From: Eledone cirrhosa
Taxonomy: Eukaryota
DNA: 64,000 nt
Reading direction: 5' to 3'
NCBI GenBank assembly: GCA_964016885.1
Contig: OZ024747.1
Span: 11,966,001 to 12,030,000, forward strand
Part shown: positions 63,718 to 64,000 of the stretch, piece after piece
How the letters are laid out: every line of letters starts with the position of its first letter
How positions within the stretch are numbered: the first letter of the stretch is position 1
Program-made: the position numbers and the translations under genes
The notes under the pieces: model-generated
What the model saw: only the letters and a program-made list of their open reading frames with translations
Database searches by the model: none
What the model was told of the DNA's origin: nothing

Positions 63718-64000
63718 CATCATCATCATTTTACGTCCGCTTTTCCCTGCTTGCAAGGGTGGGACGGGAACTGATTCTGGCTTGATTTCTACAGCTGGAT
63801 GCCCTTCCTAACACCAGCCTCATTTACAGTGAGTGCTGGGTGCTTTTTTGCCGTGGCCCCTCCACGACCACTTTGCAGTGGAATGATATGGACCCCAGTC
63901 CCTATCATCTTATTTCTACAGCTGAGTAAACTGGAGCAATGTGAAATAAAGTGTCTTGCTCAAGGGAACAACACATCACCCGGTCTGAGAATTGAGCTCA
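63718..64000 (-). mobile_element. Second SINE family with RTE-like 3' tail (runs off the window)
   Basis: Reverse complement of 43745-44043. Confidence 0.85.

Overview
This is eukaryotic, AT-rich, extremely repeat-dense DNA. The microsatellite load and the SINE/RTE repertoire resemble a coleoid cephalopod (Octopus-like; inferred, not proven). It holds one clear host gene on the + strand, a JAKMIP-family (Janus kinase and microtubule interacting protein) coiled-coil gene. Three phase-0 coding exons are visible (12148-12795, 50972-51220, 56076-56237), separated by introns of 38 kb and 4.9 kb, and the gene continues beyond the window. Inside the first intron is a candidate internal promoter with an in-frame alternative first exon (19223-19378). 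Almost everything else is RTE and L1/Tx1-like LINE remnants, tRNA-derived SINEs, a non-autonomous Helitron, TTAA (piggyBac-type) MITEs and about 20 mini/microsatellite arrays; nearly all long ORFs in the track are artefacts of these repeats. The most unusual signal is a set of short (TA)n-flanked elements from several unrelated families. They carry type I hammerhead ribozyme folds (four complete: 6105-6177 +, 23407-23466 -, 23665-23715 -, 29195-29260 +), or fold-back palindromes built from hammerhead halves, and many share a GTATTGAGTAC motif. They look like Penelope-like/retrozyme-type mini-elements. Several satellites can be traced to the transposon segment they were amplified from. All calls are by eye and no database searches were run.
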